Source: Dehalococcoidia bacterium
Lineage (GTDB): Bacteria; Chloroflexota; Dehalococcoidia; Plut-88900
Reading direction: 5' to 3'
DNA: 64,000 nt
NCBI GenBank assembly: GCA_965197585.1
Contig: OZ240215.1
Coordinates: 928,001 to 992,000 of the forward strand
In this document: one piece after another, positions 29,575 through 39,256 of the stretch
Layout: every line of letters begins with the position of its first letter
Numbering within the stretch: the stretch's first letter is position 1
Notes under the pieces: generated by a model
What the model was told of the DNA's origin: nothing
The model's input: only the letters and a program-made list of their open reading frames with translations
The model's database searches: none
Translations under genes and position numbers: made by a program

Positions 29575-29876
29575 CAGAGCTCAAGCTGTACAGACCGCAG
29601 AGTGTCGTTTTCTCGGGATTTGTAAACATCCTCTATGAATGCGTCGATTTCGACATCGCTCGCCTCTTGCCATGCTCCTACCAGGGCCAGGGCTCCTAGA
29701 GGGCTTTGAGAATTCGTTTGATCGTCATGCAGAAGTTCCAAGTCGGCTATGCTTACCAGGGCAACAAGTGGCACTCCACGACGTTCTATAATGATGTGCT
29801 CACCCCCAGAGGCCACCTCTTCTGAAAGAGATGAAAGCCTTGCTTTTGCCTCTGTTGTGCTAACTCTCTTGGCCAC
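29574..29876 (-). CDS. Phd/YefM family antitoxin
   Basis: VSTTEAKARLSSL...GEHIIIERRGVPLVALV; AAGGAGG RBS before GTG 29876; stop overlaps the toxin start. Confidence 0.88.
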   Translation of the reverse strand: MAKRVSTTEAKARLSSLSEEVASGGEHIIIERRGVPLVALVSIADLELLHDDQTNSQSPLGALALVGAWQEASDVEIDAFIEDVYKSRENDTLRSVQLEL

Positions 29877-29976
29877 AGTGTGAACCTCCTTGGGCATGAC
29901 CAATTGGTCACGACAAGTAACATTATATCTCCCGGGCAAGGACCAAGATAAAACGCATCACCTTGGAGCTTAGATT

Positions 29977-31110
29977 CTAGGTAAACCCGTATATCCGAGC
30001 CGCGTTTCGGAAGGCCATCTTTTCTGCTTCGTCCTGGGGGACTTCGGCTAGCAGTTTGGTGAGTACGGGGAGGGAGTTGGGCCAGGTGGACTCGGTGTGG
30101 GGGTAGTCGGAGCTCCAGAGGATATTGTCTACGCCGACGACGTGTCGGGTGGCGATGCCCGCTACATCCTCCTGGAAAGTGACGAAGACGTTGCGGCGGA
30201 AAAAGTCGCTGGGCAGGGCGTCGCTCTTGTACCGGATCTCCTTGACGTATCGATGCTCTTCGTAGTGACGGTCCATCTGTTGGATGAAATAGGCCGCCCA
30301 ACCGAGTTCGAATTCAACGGCTCCGATGGTAAGGCCGGGGAAGCGTTCGAAGACGCCGGAGAACATCATGTCGCCGATGGCGCGGCGGGGCCAGTAGTCC
30401 TCACTGGCGCGGAAGGAAGAGGTGCCGCCGACGGAGATGTCGTTGGCGAAGGAGCCTATGACCCCGGGCCCCGGGCGATAGGACCCCGAGTGCATTGCCA
30501 ACGGAATTCCCAAGTCCTGGGCCAGAGCCCAGAACCGGTCGTATCTGGGCAGGTCGTAGGTGCGGCCCACGCCGGGATAGGCGGGGATAGCAATACTGGA
30601 CAGTCCTAGGTTGGCGCAGCGTTCCAATTCGGAAAGGGCGTCGTCCATGTCATCGACGTTGATGACGCCGCTTCCCTTGATGGAGTTGGGATATGCGGAG
30701 GAGAACTCGGACATCCAGTCATTCATGGCACGGAAGCATGCGGACATTAGGTCGGAGTCGATGTCGGTCTCGACCAGGCGGACGGCGATGGTGGGGTAGG
30801 TGACCTCCCCGACAACACCGTCGACAGCCATGGCCTTGACCCTCGCATGGGGGTCGTAGGCTGCCTTGGGGGTGTCCTGGAAGGGGGCCTCGATGGTGAG
30901 GGAGTCGGGGTCTTCGAATCGGCGTCCGGCCTGGGAGGGTGCGCCGAGAGACCCGACGTTGATGTCCTTATCCGCAATCCAGCGGTGAACGTCGCCGTCG
31001 AGATACATCCTGGGTCGGCGGTCCCTGAATGGGGCGTCGATACGGGAGTCCCATAGGTCCGGGGGTTCCACCACGTGAGAGTCGGCAGAGATGAGTTTAT
31101 CGATAGTCAT
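29977..31110 (-). CDS. Amidohydrolase_2 family protein
   Basis: ISADSHVVEPPDLW, PLAMH, GVFERFP, WSSDYPHTESTWP. Confidence 0.88.
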   Translation of the reverse strand: MTIDKLISADSHVVEPPDLWDSRIDAPFRDRRPRMYLDGDVHRWIADKDINVGSLGAPSQAGRRFEDPDSLTIEAPFQDTPKAAYDPHARVKAMAVDGVVGEVTYPTIAVRLVETDIDSDLMSACFRAMNDWMSEFSSAYPNSIKGSGVINVDDMDDALSELERCANLGLSSIAIPAYPGVGRTYDLPRYDRFWALAQDLGIPLAMHSGSYRPGPGVIGSFANDISVGGTSSFRASEDYWPRRAIGDMMFSGVFERFPGLTIGAVEFELGWAAYFIQQMDRHYEEHRYVKEIRYKSDALPSDFFRRNVFVTFQEDVAGIATRHVVGVDNILWSSDYPHTESTWPNSLPVLTKLLAEVPQDEAEKMAFRNAARIYGFT

Positions 31111-31219
31111 GGGAGGAGTATAAAAGCCGCATGAAAAGGGTGTCAAAGGAATAGCGAATACGTGGGATTCGGCTAGCCGTCAAGAATGGCGGAAGGTAGG
31201 GGTGTGTTAGAATTTTCAC

Positions 31220-31978
31220 ATGGATTGTGTGATCCGGGCCTCGGGGCTGACAAAACGGTATGGCGATTTGACGGCTGTGGACGACGTGAGCTTCGAAGTG
31301 GAGCGGGGTGAGATATTCGGGCTTCTGGGGCCCAACGGTGCGGGCAAGACCACCACGGTGGAGATTCTGGAAGGGATGAGGAGTCCCAACGAGGGCACGG
31401 CGACGATAGACGGCATAGACGTCACCAAGGACCCGAGGGGTGTCAAAGCCAAAATCGGCGTCCAACTCCAGTCCTCCGCGTTCTTCGGCAATCTGGTAGT
31501 ACTTGAGCTCGTGAGTCTGTTCGGGCACCTCTATGGTCGAAGCATAGATGCCAGGGAAATCTTGGAGAAGGTGGAACTGCTTGACAAGGGGAAAGCGCAG
31601 TACAGGCAGCTGTCCGGCGGGCAGAAACAACGCCTTTCCCTGGCCACCGCTCTTGTGAATGATCCGGTGGTGATGTTCCTTGACGAGCCGACCACGGGCC
31701 TCGATCCCCAGGCCCGCCGCCATATGTGGGACCTCATCAAACGGCTTCGGTCGGACGGTAAGACCATCATGATGACCACCCACTACATGGAAGAGGCTGA
31801 GGAGCTGTGCGACAGGGTTGCTATCATCGACAAGGGTTCGATTGTGGCGCTGGACAGCCCCGACTCCATGATAGACGGCCTCCTGGACACGGGTTTCCGC
31901 AAGGAGAGGGCCAGCAAGTTGGCCAACCTCGAGGATGTCTTCCTGAACCTGACCGGCAAGAGCCTGCGAGAGAACTAG
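31220..31978 (+). CDS. ABC transporter ATP-binding protein (DrrA-like)
   Basis: GPNGAGKTT, LSGGQKQR, FLDEPTTGLD, TTHYMEEA. Confidence 0.95.
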   Translation: MDCVIRASGLTKRYGDLTAVDDVSFEVERGEIFGLLGPNGAGKTTTVEILEGMRSPNEGTATIDGIDVTKDPRGVKAKIGVQLQSSAFFGNLVVLELVSLFGHLYGRSIDAREILEKVELLDKGKAQYRQLSGGQKQRLSLATALVNDPVVMFLDEPTTGLDPQARRHMWDLIKRLRSDGKTIMMTTHYMEEAEELCDRVAIIDKGSIVALDSPDSMIDGLLDTGFRKERASKLANLEDVFLNLTGKSLREN

Positions 31979-31979
31979 T

Positions 31980-33053
31980 TTGCACCCTACCTTCGCCCTG
32001 ACGATTGCATCTCTGAAGATGTATTACCGCAATCGCCAGGCCATCTTCTGGACGCTTGTCCTGCCCCTGATGTTCATAGTCATCTTCGGGCTGCTCAATT
32101 TCGGCTCCTTTTCGAATGTCGACATGGGTGTCGTTGACGAGGCGGAGACCCAGGCTGCGGACATCCTGACCGGTGTGCTGGAAGACTCCGAGGTTGTCGA
32201 GTTGTCGCTCGGGGCGAAGGATGCGGAGATGCAGGCCCTGGAAGACGGGGACCGGGACATAGTGATAGTCATCCCGCCGGGCTTCGGGGAGTCAGCCGCC
32301 TCGCCCTCAGTTCAGGCCTTCTATGCTGAGGACCGGTTCCAGCAGGCCCAGGTCGGGCAGGGAATTGTGCAGGGAGTCCTGGATGAGATAACCCTCCGCA
32401 GGGCGGGCGTCGAGCGCGGGCTAAGCATCGAGGCCCAAGCCGTCGATAGCAAAGGGCTGGAGTACGTCGACTTCCTGGTACCGGGCATCATATCCATGGC
32501 CATCATGCAGATGGGCATATTCAGTGTTGTATTCTCGTTGATCCAGTTCCGCCAGCAGGGCGTGCTTCGCAGGCTGTACGCGACGCCCATCAGGCCTTAC
32601 AACTTCCTGATCGGCCAGGTGTTCACCCGGCTCCTGGTATCCATAGTCCAGGTTGCAGTGTTGCTGGGAGTCAGTGTGCTGATATTCGACGTGAAAGTAG
32701 AAGGGAATCTCGGGTATCTGTTCGTGCTGGCCGTGCTCGGAGGGGCGTTGTTCATAGCAATCGGGTTCGTGGTGTCCGGGTTTGCGAAGAACGAGGAAGT
32801 CGGGGCTCCGTTGGCAAACATCATCGCATTGCCTATGATGTTCCTCTCCGGGGTCTTCTTCCCTACGGACACACTGCCCGGCTTCCTGGAGGACATAGTC
32901 CAGTACCTGCCGCTGACTTTCCTGGCAGACGGGATGCGGGAAGTGGCCATCCAGGGCGCAAGCCTTACGGAGATTCCCTGGGAGTTGTTGGGCCTGGTGG
33001 TATGGCTCGTGATAGCTTTCATAGCGGCTACCAGGGTTTTCAGGTGGGAGTGA
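31980..33053 (+). CDS. ABC-2 type transporter permease
   Basis: N-terminal TM helix, extracellular loop, YVDFLVPG, FLSGVFFP, C-terminal FRWE. Confidence 0.92.
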   Translation: MHPTFALTIASLKMYYRNRQAIFWTLVLPLMFIVIFGLLNFGSFSNVDMGVVDEAETQAADILTGVLEDSEVVELSLGAKDAEMQALEDGDRDIVIVIPPGFGESAASPSVQAFYAEDRFQQAQVGQGIVQGVLDEITLRRAGVERGLSIEAQAVDSKGLEYVDFLVPGIISMAIMQMGIFSVVFSLIQFRQQGVLRRLYATPIRPYNFLIGQVFTRLLVSIVQVAVLLGVSVLIFDVKVEGNLGYLFVLAVLGGALFIAIGFVVSGFAKNEEVGAPLANIIALPMMFLSGVFFPTDTLPGFLEDIVQYLPLTFLADGMREVAIQGASLTEIPWELLGLVVWLVIAFIAATRVFRWE

Positions 33054-33075
33054 GCTTAAATCAGGAGGGTTAGGC

Positions 33076-33747
33076 ATGCATGATTTTCAGGGTCGGGAGA
33101 TATTCGAGTCAGTAGCGGAGATGGTGAATCCGAAGCACACGGTGGTCATGGTCCACGACATGCAGAACGACTTTCTGCACGATGACGGCATCTTCAAGAA
33201 GGCCGGAGAGAGCATCGACGTGTCGGGGTTCTTGGGCAACCTGGTGGACTTTGTGGCGAAGGCCCGAAGCCACGGGGTGAGGATTTGGCAGACCAACTTT
33301 ACCAGCCTGCCCAACCTGGGTGCCTACGATGATCCGCTGGCCAACAAGAGGTGGAACCTGGTCGGGGACCCGGCCAAGCACAAGTACGCCAACCCGACGG
33401 TGCTCGGGAGCTGGGGCTGTCAGACGATTGACGAGCTGAAGGCCCAGGAAGGCGACATAGTAATCAATAAGTACCGCACAAACACGTTTGTGCATTCTAC
33501 TTTCGAACTCATACTGCGAAGCCATGGGATAAAAACGTTCATCTCGACAGGCGTGGCGACGGAGGTCGGCATACTGCCGACGGCGTGGACGGGGACTCAG
33601 CTGGGCTTCTTCCCGGTGATACCGAGGGACCTGGTCGGGGCACGGGTGGCGGAGCTGCACAACGACGCGATGAAGTTCATGGAACGGCTGGTTTGGGTAA
33701 CGGACTCGTCGGAGATACTGGAGGCCTGGGAGCGGGGGTACGAATAG
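33076..33747 (+). CDS. Isochorismatase-like hydrolase
   Basis: VHDMQNDF, DIVINKYR..TF, GVATEVGI (Gly at the usual Cys position). Confidence 0.8.
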   Translation: MHDFQGREIFESVAEMVNPKHTVVMVHDMQNDFLHDDGIFKKAGESIDVSGFLGNLVDFVAKARSHGVRIWQTNFTSLPNLGAYDDPLANKRWNLVGDPAKHKYANPTVLGSWGCQTIDELKAQEGDIVINKYRTNTFVHSTFELILRSHGIKTFISTGVATEVGILPTAWTGTQLGFFPVIPRDLVGARVAELHNDAMKFMERLVWVTDSSEILEAWERGYE

Positions 33748-33857
33748 TGGGGTGGCCTGTTGTTAGGGCCTCTTCCGGCGCTAGGAACACCCTCACTCTC
33801 CTCGGCGAGCCTACGGCCCTAGCCCTCTAACGCGCTGGTGCATCTACGGCCCATCAA

Positions 33858-33993
33858 GAGACCTTTACGAAACTGCGGGTCGCGCCTTTGGTGTCAACCA
33901 GACCAGCTTATCCCCCTCCCCCCGCTCACACTTCGACGGGGCTCAGCACGAGCGGCCCCCCGGCCCCTTCGGCACGGGTCATACAAAGGTCAC
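33858..33993. mobile_element. Possible MITE with IS5-like ends, inserted at a REP loop
   Basis: GAGACCTTT at 33858 and AAAGGTCAC ending at 33993 form imperfect terminal IRs; a second GAGACCTTT end at 36184 also abuts a family-3 REP loop. Confidence 0.4.
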
Positions 33994-34475
33994 TATTCGT
34001 CAGGTGGTGGGGGCGTTTCATCAATGTCGGGGGGAGGGGTGAGGAGGGCTTCGCAACGAGCCTTTAGGGCCTCGTTCATTCTTTCGAAGCCTCGGCGGGT
34101 GGCGCCGCCGATGAGCCAAATGATCGGGATGACGAAGAAGCCGGATACCTCCTCGCCCTGTACGAAGCGGCAACGGGTGTCGTCTATGGGGTCGATGATG
34201 AAGTAGTGCTCCACGTCGAAGAGGCCGGGGAAGAGGATATTGCTCCTCCAGCTGAAGCCTCTTCCCTCTTCGACGAGTACAACACGGGGAGTTATCGTCG
34301 TGCCCTTGGCCCGAGGGGGTTTGATGAAGACCTCGATGCGCTCCCCTTCGACTATGTTGCCGGAGGCAAGGGGGAGGAAGGGGTTCCAATCAACGTATGA
34401 ATCGAGGTCTGAGAGTACGTCCCAAATGACGGACACAGGGGCCTCGATCTCGATTTCAGCGGCGATTATCCGCAA
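33993..34475 (-). CDS. SRPBCC (polyketide cyclase/START-like) domain protein
   Basis: EIEIEAPVSVIWDVL.D..SY.DWNPF, PGLFDVEHYF, GFERMNEALKAR. Confidence 0.85.
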   Translation of the reverse strand: MRIIAAEIEIEAPVSVIWDVLSDLDSYVDWNPFLPLASGNIVEGERIEVFIKPPRAKGTTITPRVVLVEEGRGFSWRSNILFPGLFDVEHYFIIDPIDDTRCRFVQGEEVSGFFVIPIIWLIGGATRRGFERMNEALKARCEALLTPPPDIDETPPPPDE

Positions 34476-34478
34476 GAC

Positions 34479-35291
34479 TTAGCGGCCCTTGTAGTTCGCC
34501 TTACGCTTGTCCCGGAAGGCGGCTACACCCTCGACGTGGTCCTCGGAGGTGAGGGTGATGGTCTCGAGGGCGGCGGACATTTGCATTGCCGTTTCCAGGT
34601 CCATGCTCAGAGCCTTGTATAGCATCAACTTGGATAGCCGTAGGGCGATGGGGGGGCCATCAGCGATCTTCCGGGCCATCTCCATAGTAGTGGCTTCCAG
34701 CTCTTCTTCAGGCACGAGCTTGTTGAGCATACCGAGACGATAGGCCTCGTCGGCCTGCAGGAAGTCGCCTGTGAACACCAGCTCGGCGGCCTTGGGAATG
34801 CCGAGGGTCTTGGCGTAGAGCCACATGCCGCCCCAGCCGGGGAAGAGCCCGACGCGGATGAAGGCTGCGAGGAATCGGGACTTGGGCGTACCGACTCGGA
34901 GGTCGCAGGCGCAGGCCAAGTCGAATCCCGCGCCGGCGGCTACACCGTTGATCATCCCTATGACCGGCTTCTGCATCCGGTGCACGCCAAGGACGATGTC
35001 CATGGCCTTGCGGAAGTTTCGGCGGATCGCCTCGGGGTTGGCCCCCCTGCCGTTGGCTGCGTTGCTGGACTCGTTGCCCGGGAGCTCGGAGACATCTGCA
35101 CCGGCTGAGAATGCCCTGCCGGCACCGGTAAATACCACGACGCCGACGGAGTCGTCATCACCCAGTTCCTTGATGGCCAGGCCCATCTCCTCTTCCATAT
35201 GGTCGGTGATGGCGTTTAGTTTTTGAGGGCGATTGAGGATGAGCTTGGCGATGCGGCCATCTCTTTCGATGAGAATGTCATCGTAAGACAT
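34479..35291 (-). CDS. Enoyl-CoA hydratase/isomerase family protein
   Basis: LNRPQKLNA, GRAFSAGAD, KPVIGMINGVAAGAG, CDLR, EGVAAF. Confidence 0.92.
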   Translation of the reverse strand: MSYDDILIERDGRIAKLILNRPQKLNAITDHMEEEMGLAIKELGDDDSVGVVVFTGAGRAFSAGADVSELPGNESSNAANGRGANPEAIRRNFRKAMDIVLGVHRMQKPVIGMINGVAAGAGFDLACACDLRVGTPKSRFLAAFIRVGLFPGWGGMWLYAKTLGIPKAAELVFTGDFLQADEAYRLGMLNKLVPEEELEATTMEMARKIADGPPIALRLSKLMLYKALSMDLETAMQMSAALETITLTSEDHVEGVAAFRDKRKANYKGR

Positions 35292-35466
35292 CTGTGGTCT
35301 CCTTATGGTTTAAGGCGTGAGAAGGTCAAACAGGAATGAAAAGGTCTTGCCTGGATGCAATGATAAGCGGGCGCGTCGGGTCGGGCAAGGGGTGGGGAGG
35401 TGGGATGGATGCAGGACTCGGCCCCGCTCATATTGGACGGGTCCGGCAGGCGCCGTCCCCCACTCC

Positions 35467-35491
35467 AGGGCGACCGGCCGATCTCCCCTAC
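35467..35491 (+). repeat. GTAG/CTAC-type REP (RAYT-associated class)
   Basis: AGGGCGACCGGCCGATCTCCCCTAC, an imperfect hairpin ending in CTAC. Confidence 0.5.
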
Positions 35492-35594
35492 AGGGGGGAG
35501 GGTATTCAGTTGTGGGGGAATGAGATGGGGGTGAGGTCGGTTAGGCAGTCTCCTTAGTTGGCTGAGAAGGGGGACGAGGTGAGGATGAGGGTTG

Positions 35595-35894
35595 CCAGCG
35601 CTCCCTCTGCGGCCCGGGACGGGGCGTGGGAAATCATCTGCGGGTAAGCGCAGGCATCCGCATCTACGCCGGTGAGGGCGGAGCGGGAAATCATCCGCGA
35701 CGTATAGCCGCAGGCATCCGCATCTACGCCAAGGGAGGCGGAGCGGGAAATCATCCGCGATAAAACGCGGGCATCCACGGTCGTGGGGCAAGCTCGCATG
35801 GGGTATGAGCCGTGGGTAATCATCCGCGGCGAGGGTACGCGGGCATCCGCAGCGTTGTGGCGTTGCGGGGAAGTGGGCCGAGAGGGAGCGCTGG
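35595..35894. repeat. Inverted-repeat-bounded array of four hairpin units with variable loops
   Basis: Terminal IR CCAGCGCTCCCTCTGCGGCCC / GGGCCG-AGAGGGAGCGCTGG; units GGGWAATCATCYGCG-N6..9-CGCRGGCATCC start at 35628, 35685, 35745 and 35814. Confidence 0.7.
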
Positions 35895-36285
35895 TCTTCA
35901 GGTACATCCTCGGTGGTCTAAGGGACTGGGAAGGGACACGAGGTTGGGAAAGGAGGGTGGGAGGAGGCGCGTGCCGGTTGCCGTGCGGTCCCATACCGCT
36001 CGGGTTCGACGGGGCCTTGTTAGGCTTGTGCGACTCATGGGACTCCTTGGTCCTTTCCTTTGGTAGGCCCGGCGTGGGGCGCCGGTACCTAGTGGGCAAT
36101 ATAGCACGAATGTTCATATCGAGTCAAGGGAGTGGGGGCACAGCTATCGGGGTGATCACCCTCACCCCAGCCCTCTCCCATCAGAGACCTTTGCGTAACT
36201 CCTAGAACGGGGCCAGATTTAGCGTCTCAGTCAAACTGTCCAATCCTGAATCCCCAGCCCCAGATTCCTCGCGGGGCCTCGGAAT

Positions 36286-37341
36286 TGTGGATGTCAGGTA
36301 ATTCGTTGACAGAATTAGGTGGATTTAAGGGTCTCCAAAGGGGTCTTTCCGTCCATTGCCTGGTGGGGTCTCTGAGTATTGTAGTAGATCAGGTATTGCT
36401 GAAGCTCGTCCTTCAGTTCCGAGACCGATTCGAAGGTTGTCCCCTCCAGCAGGTCCTCGTTCAAGGTTCTCCAGAACCGCTCTATCTTCCCGTTGGTCTG
36501 GGGCCTATAGGGTCGGGTGTAGCGGTGCTTTATGCCCAGCTCATTGAGCATCCGTTCCATGGGGTGGCCCTCGGTGTTCCTTGGGGAGGCCATCTCGGGG
36601 CCGTTGTCGGTGAGGATGGCCTCGAATTGGATGCCGTACTCCACGTTAAGGAAATTGATGGACTTCAGAGTAGCAAACATAACGGAGAGACTCTTGATGT
36701 CTCCGACCACTTCGGCCCAGGCCAGACGGGTGTAGGCGTCGATGAGGCCCACCAGGTAGTAGCGGTGCTTGGTGCCCACGATGGTATCCCGGCTGAGGTA
36801 GTGGCTGTCCAGGTGGCCCAGCTCTCCTGCCCGGGTCTTGATGATCTTGCGCTTCGACTGCTGCATCGGCTTTGTGAGCCTATTGAAACCGTGGCGTCTG
36901 GTGATGGCGTAGATGGTGGAGGGCTTAGGGGTGTTGTGTTTAAGGATGGGTTTGAGTATGGCATAGATCTCGTAACGGTTGGTACCGTTAAGGCGCTCGT
37001 TGATGACCTTCTGCTCAATGTAGGGCAGGGTGCGGCGGGACTTCCACCCGGGACCCCGCTTACGGGGGAGGAAGGCGTTGTCGGAGGGGGAGAGGAGGAA
37101 CCGGTTGTAGTACTTGGCGAAGGTCTGACGGCTAGTGCCGTGGAAGGAGTAGAAGTCCTGGGCGAAGCGGAAACGGGGATGCTTCCCTGCCTTGACCAGT
37201 TGATACTCATGGATGAGGAACCGCCACTTCTGAATGTAGTTACGTTCAAGGGTGAGGTCCTTGCTATTGTCTCGCATTCTCGCCTCCAGATTGGTGTTGG
37301 CCTCTTATACCAATCTGTCAACGAATTACCTAACACTTACA
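36286..37341 (-). mobile_element. IS481-family insertion sequence, copy A (1056 bp)
   Basis: TGT...ACA ends with IRs containing AGGTAATTCGTTGACAG; single DDE transposase; near-identical inverted copy at 46723-47778. Confidence 0.92.
36315..37277 (-). CDS. IS481-family DDE transposase (integrase core)
   Basis: GELGHLD, IDAYTR, ILTDNGPE, RPYRPQTNGKIERFWRTL, YN..RPH. Confidence 0.92.
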   Translation of the reverse strand: MRDNSKDLTLERNYIQKWRFLIHEYQLVKAGKHPRFRFAQDFYSFHGTSRQTFAKYYNRFLLSPSDNAFLPRKRGPGWKSRRTLPYIEQKVINERLNGTNRYEIYAILKPILKHNTPKPSTIYAITRRHGFNRLTKPMQQSKRKIIKTRAGELGHLDSHYLSRDTIVGTKHRYYLVGLIDAYTRLAWAEVVGDIKSLSVMFATLKSINFLNVEYGIQFEAILTDNGPEMASPRNTEGHPMERMLNELGIKHRYTRPYRPQTNGKIERFWRTLNEDLLEGTTFESVSELKDELQQYLIYYNTQRPHQAMDGKTPLETLKST

Positions 37342-37561
37342 CTCCCGCAATAGACGGATCTGCGACAGGGTGAGCGGCCCCACCCCTGGGGATGGATTCC
37401 GGCTCTCGGCGCATGCCAAAGGCGTATCTTCGACATCTTCGTCCGGCTCTCGGTAGCGGGGATGATCCGCCTAAGTCGGACAGGCTCCCCTCATGGGGAT
37501 GGGGTGGGGGTGTGCTATCATGTCGAGCGAAAAATCGGGAGCAAACGAGAAGGAGAAACAG

Positions 37562-39256
37562 ATGACCACGGCTGCAAAATTCGACGTTAGGCATCGGAGC
37601 AGAATTGTCGCGGACGGGCCGGACCGGGCGGCGGCTCGGGCGATGCTAAGGGCGGTCGGCGTCGGGGACAAGGAGTTTGAGCAGCCGTTCATCGGGGTGG
37701 CGAACACGGCGTCGGATGTTACGCCATGCAACGTGCACCTGGACAAGCTGGCGGAGCGAGTCAAGGCGGGTGTGAAGTCGGCGGCGGGTACGCCCTTCGA
37801 GTTTGGGGTGCTGACCGTGAGCGACGGGATATCGATGGGTACGGAGGGGATGAAGGCGTCGCTGGTGAGCCGGGAGCTGATCGCCGACTCCATTGAGTTG
37901 GTCTCCCACGGCGAATACTTCGACGGCCTCGTGACGATTGCGGGCTGCGACAAGAATCTGCCGGGGGCGATGATGGCCGCGGCACGGCTGAACATTCCGA
38001 CAGTCTTCCTATACAGCGGTACGATAATGCCCGGCAGATACGCCGGAAGAGACATCAGTATCCAGGATGTTTTTGAGGCCATAGGCGCGCATAGCAAGGG
38101 CCGGATCAGCGACTCCGATTTGAAGGACATCGAGTGTGCGGCGTGCCCGGGAGCGGGGTCGTGCGGGGGGATGTTTACGGCCAACACCATGTCCTCGACC
38201 ATCGAGGCTATGGGTATGGCACTGCCGGGGGCGTCGTCGGAGCCGGCGGTGGAAGAAGGGATATTGCAGAAGTCGTACGAGGCAGGCCGGACTGTGATGA
38301 GGCTGTTGGAACAGGGGATAAGGCCTCGAGACATCCTGACTAAGGAAGCGTTCGAAAACGGGATTGCAGTCGCTGTATCGATGGGCGGCTCAACTAACGT
38401 CGTTCTCCACCTACTAGCCATAGCTTACGAAGCCGGGGTGGACCTCAGCATCGAGGACTTCCACAGGATCAGCGAGCGCACGCCGTATATCGCGGACATG
38501 AAGCCAGGAGGCCGGTACCTCATGGTCGATCTGCACCGGGAAGGCGGCGTCCCGACGGTCATGAAGCGGCTCCTGGACGCAGGACTGCTGCACGGGAGTG
38601 CGATGACGGTTACGGGCAAGACTGTCGAGGAGAACTTGGCGGATGTGGAGATTCCGACCTCCGGCAAGGTAGTCCATCCCGTGGCCGAGCCCCTGAGTCC
38701 TCACGGTTCCATGGTGATACTGAAGGGTAATCTCGCACCCGAGGGAGCGGTGGTGAAGTTGGCTCATCCGGAGGATCTGAGCAAGGTCCACCGGGGCCGG
38801 GCGAGGGTGTTCAACAGGGAGCAGGACGCCTTCCGAGCCGTGGACAACCAGGAAATTGTGGCAGGAGACGTAGTCGTGCTGCGCTACGAGGGGCCCAAGG
38901 GCGGGCCCGGAATGAGGGAGATGCTCCACGTGACCGCCGCCATTGTAGGGCAGGGGCTGGGGGAGGACGTGGCTTTGATAACCGACGGCCGGTTCTCGGG
39001 GGCGACGCAGGGGTTCATGGTTGGGCACGTGGCTCCGGAGGCGATGGTCGGTGGGCCGATTGCGGTGGTTAAGGAAGGCGACACGATTGTCCTTGACATC
39101 CCCAACGCCCAGCTCAACCTGGACATTTCACAAGAAGATTTTGACCGGAGGCTGGCGGCGTGGGTCCCGATTCCGCCGAACTACACAACGGGTGCGCTGG
39201 CGAAATACGCCAAGCTGGCGACTTCCGCGTCTCAGGGGGCGGTGACGATGGGGTAG
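37562..39256 (+). CDS. ilvD: Dihydroxy-acid dehydratase
   Basis: [72 protein letters not shown]; AAGGAG RBS before ATG 37562. Confidence 0.95.
   Translation: MTTAAKFDVRHRSRIVADGPDRAAARAMLRAVGVGDKEFEQPFIGVANTASDVTPCNVHLDKLAERVKAGVKSAAGTPFEFGVLTVSDGISMGTEGMKASLVSRELIADSIELVSHGEYFDGLVTIAGCDKNLPGAMMAAARLNIPTVFLYSGTIMPGRYAGRDISIQDVFEAIGAHSKGRISDSDLKDIECAACPGAGSCGGMFTANTMSSTIEAMGMALPGASSEPAVEEGILQKSYEAGRTVMRLLEQGIRPRDILTKEAFENGIAVAVSMGGSTNVVLHLLAIAYEAGVDLSIEDFHRISERTPYIADMKPGGRYLMVDLHREGGVPTVMKRLLDAGLLHGSAMTVTGKTVEENLADVEIPTSGKVVHPVAEPLSPHGSMVILKGNLAPEGAVVKLAHPEDLSKVHRGRARVFNREQDAFRAVDNQEIVAGDVVVLRYEGPKGGPGMREMLHVTAAIVGQGLGEDVALITDGRFSGATQGFMVGHVAPEAMVGGPIAVVKEGDTIVLDIPNAQLNLDISQEDFDRRLAAWVPIPPNYTTGALAKYAKLATSASQGAVTMG

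Noticed and set aside
35628-35850. CRISPR array interpretation of the ~60-nt repeats
   Set aside because: Variable segments are only 6-9 nt, the period is irregular, and no cas genes or leader are present.
35303-36205. ORFs of 140-187 aa across the repeat region
   Set aside because: Low-complexity translations of the hairpin repeats; no convincing RBS or protein motif.
36285-37373. Long antisense ORFs over both IS481 copies (362 aa here; 408 aa at 46532-47758)
   Set aside because: Shadow frames of the transposase with no recognisable motifs; their recurrence follows from the IS duplication.
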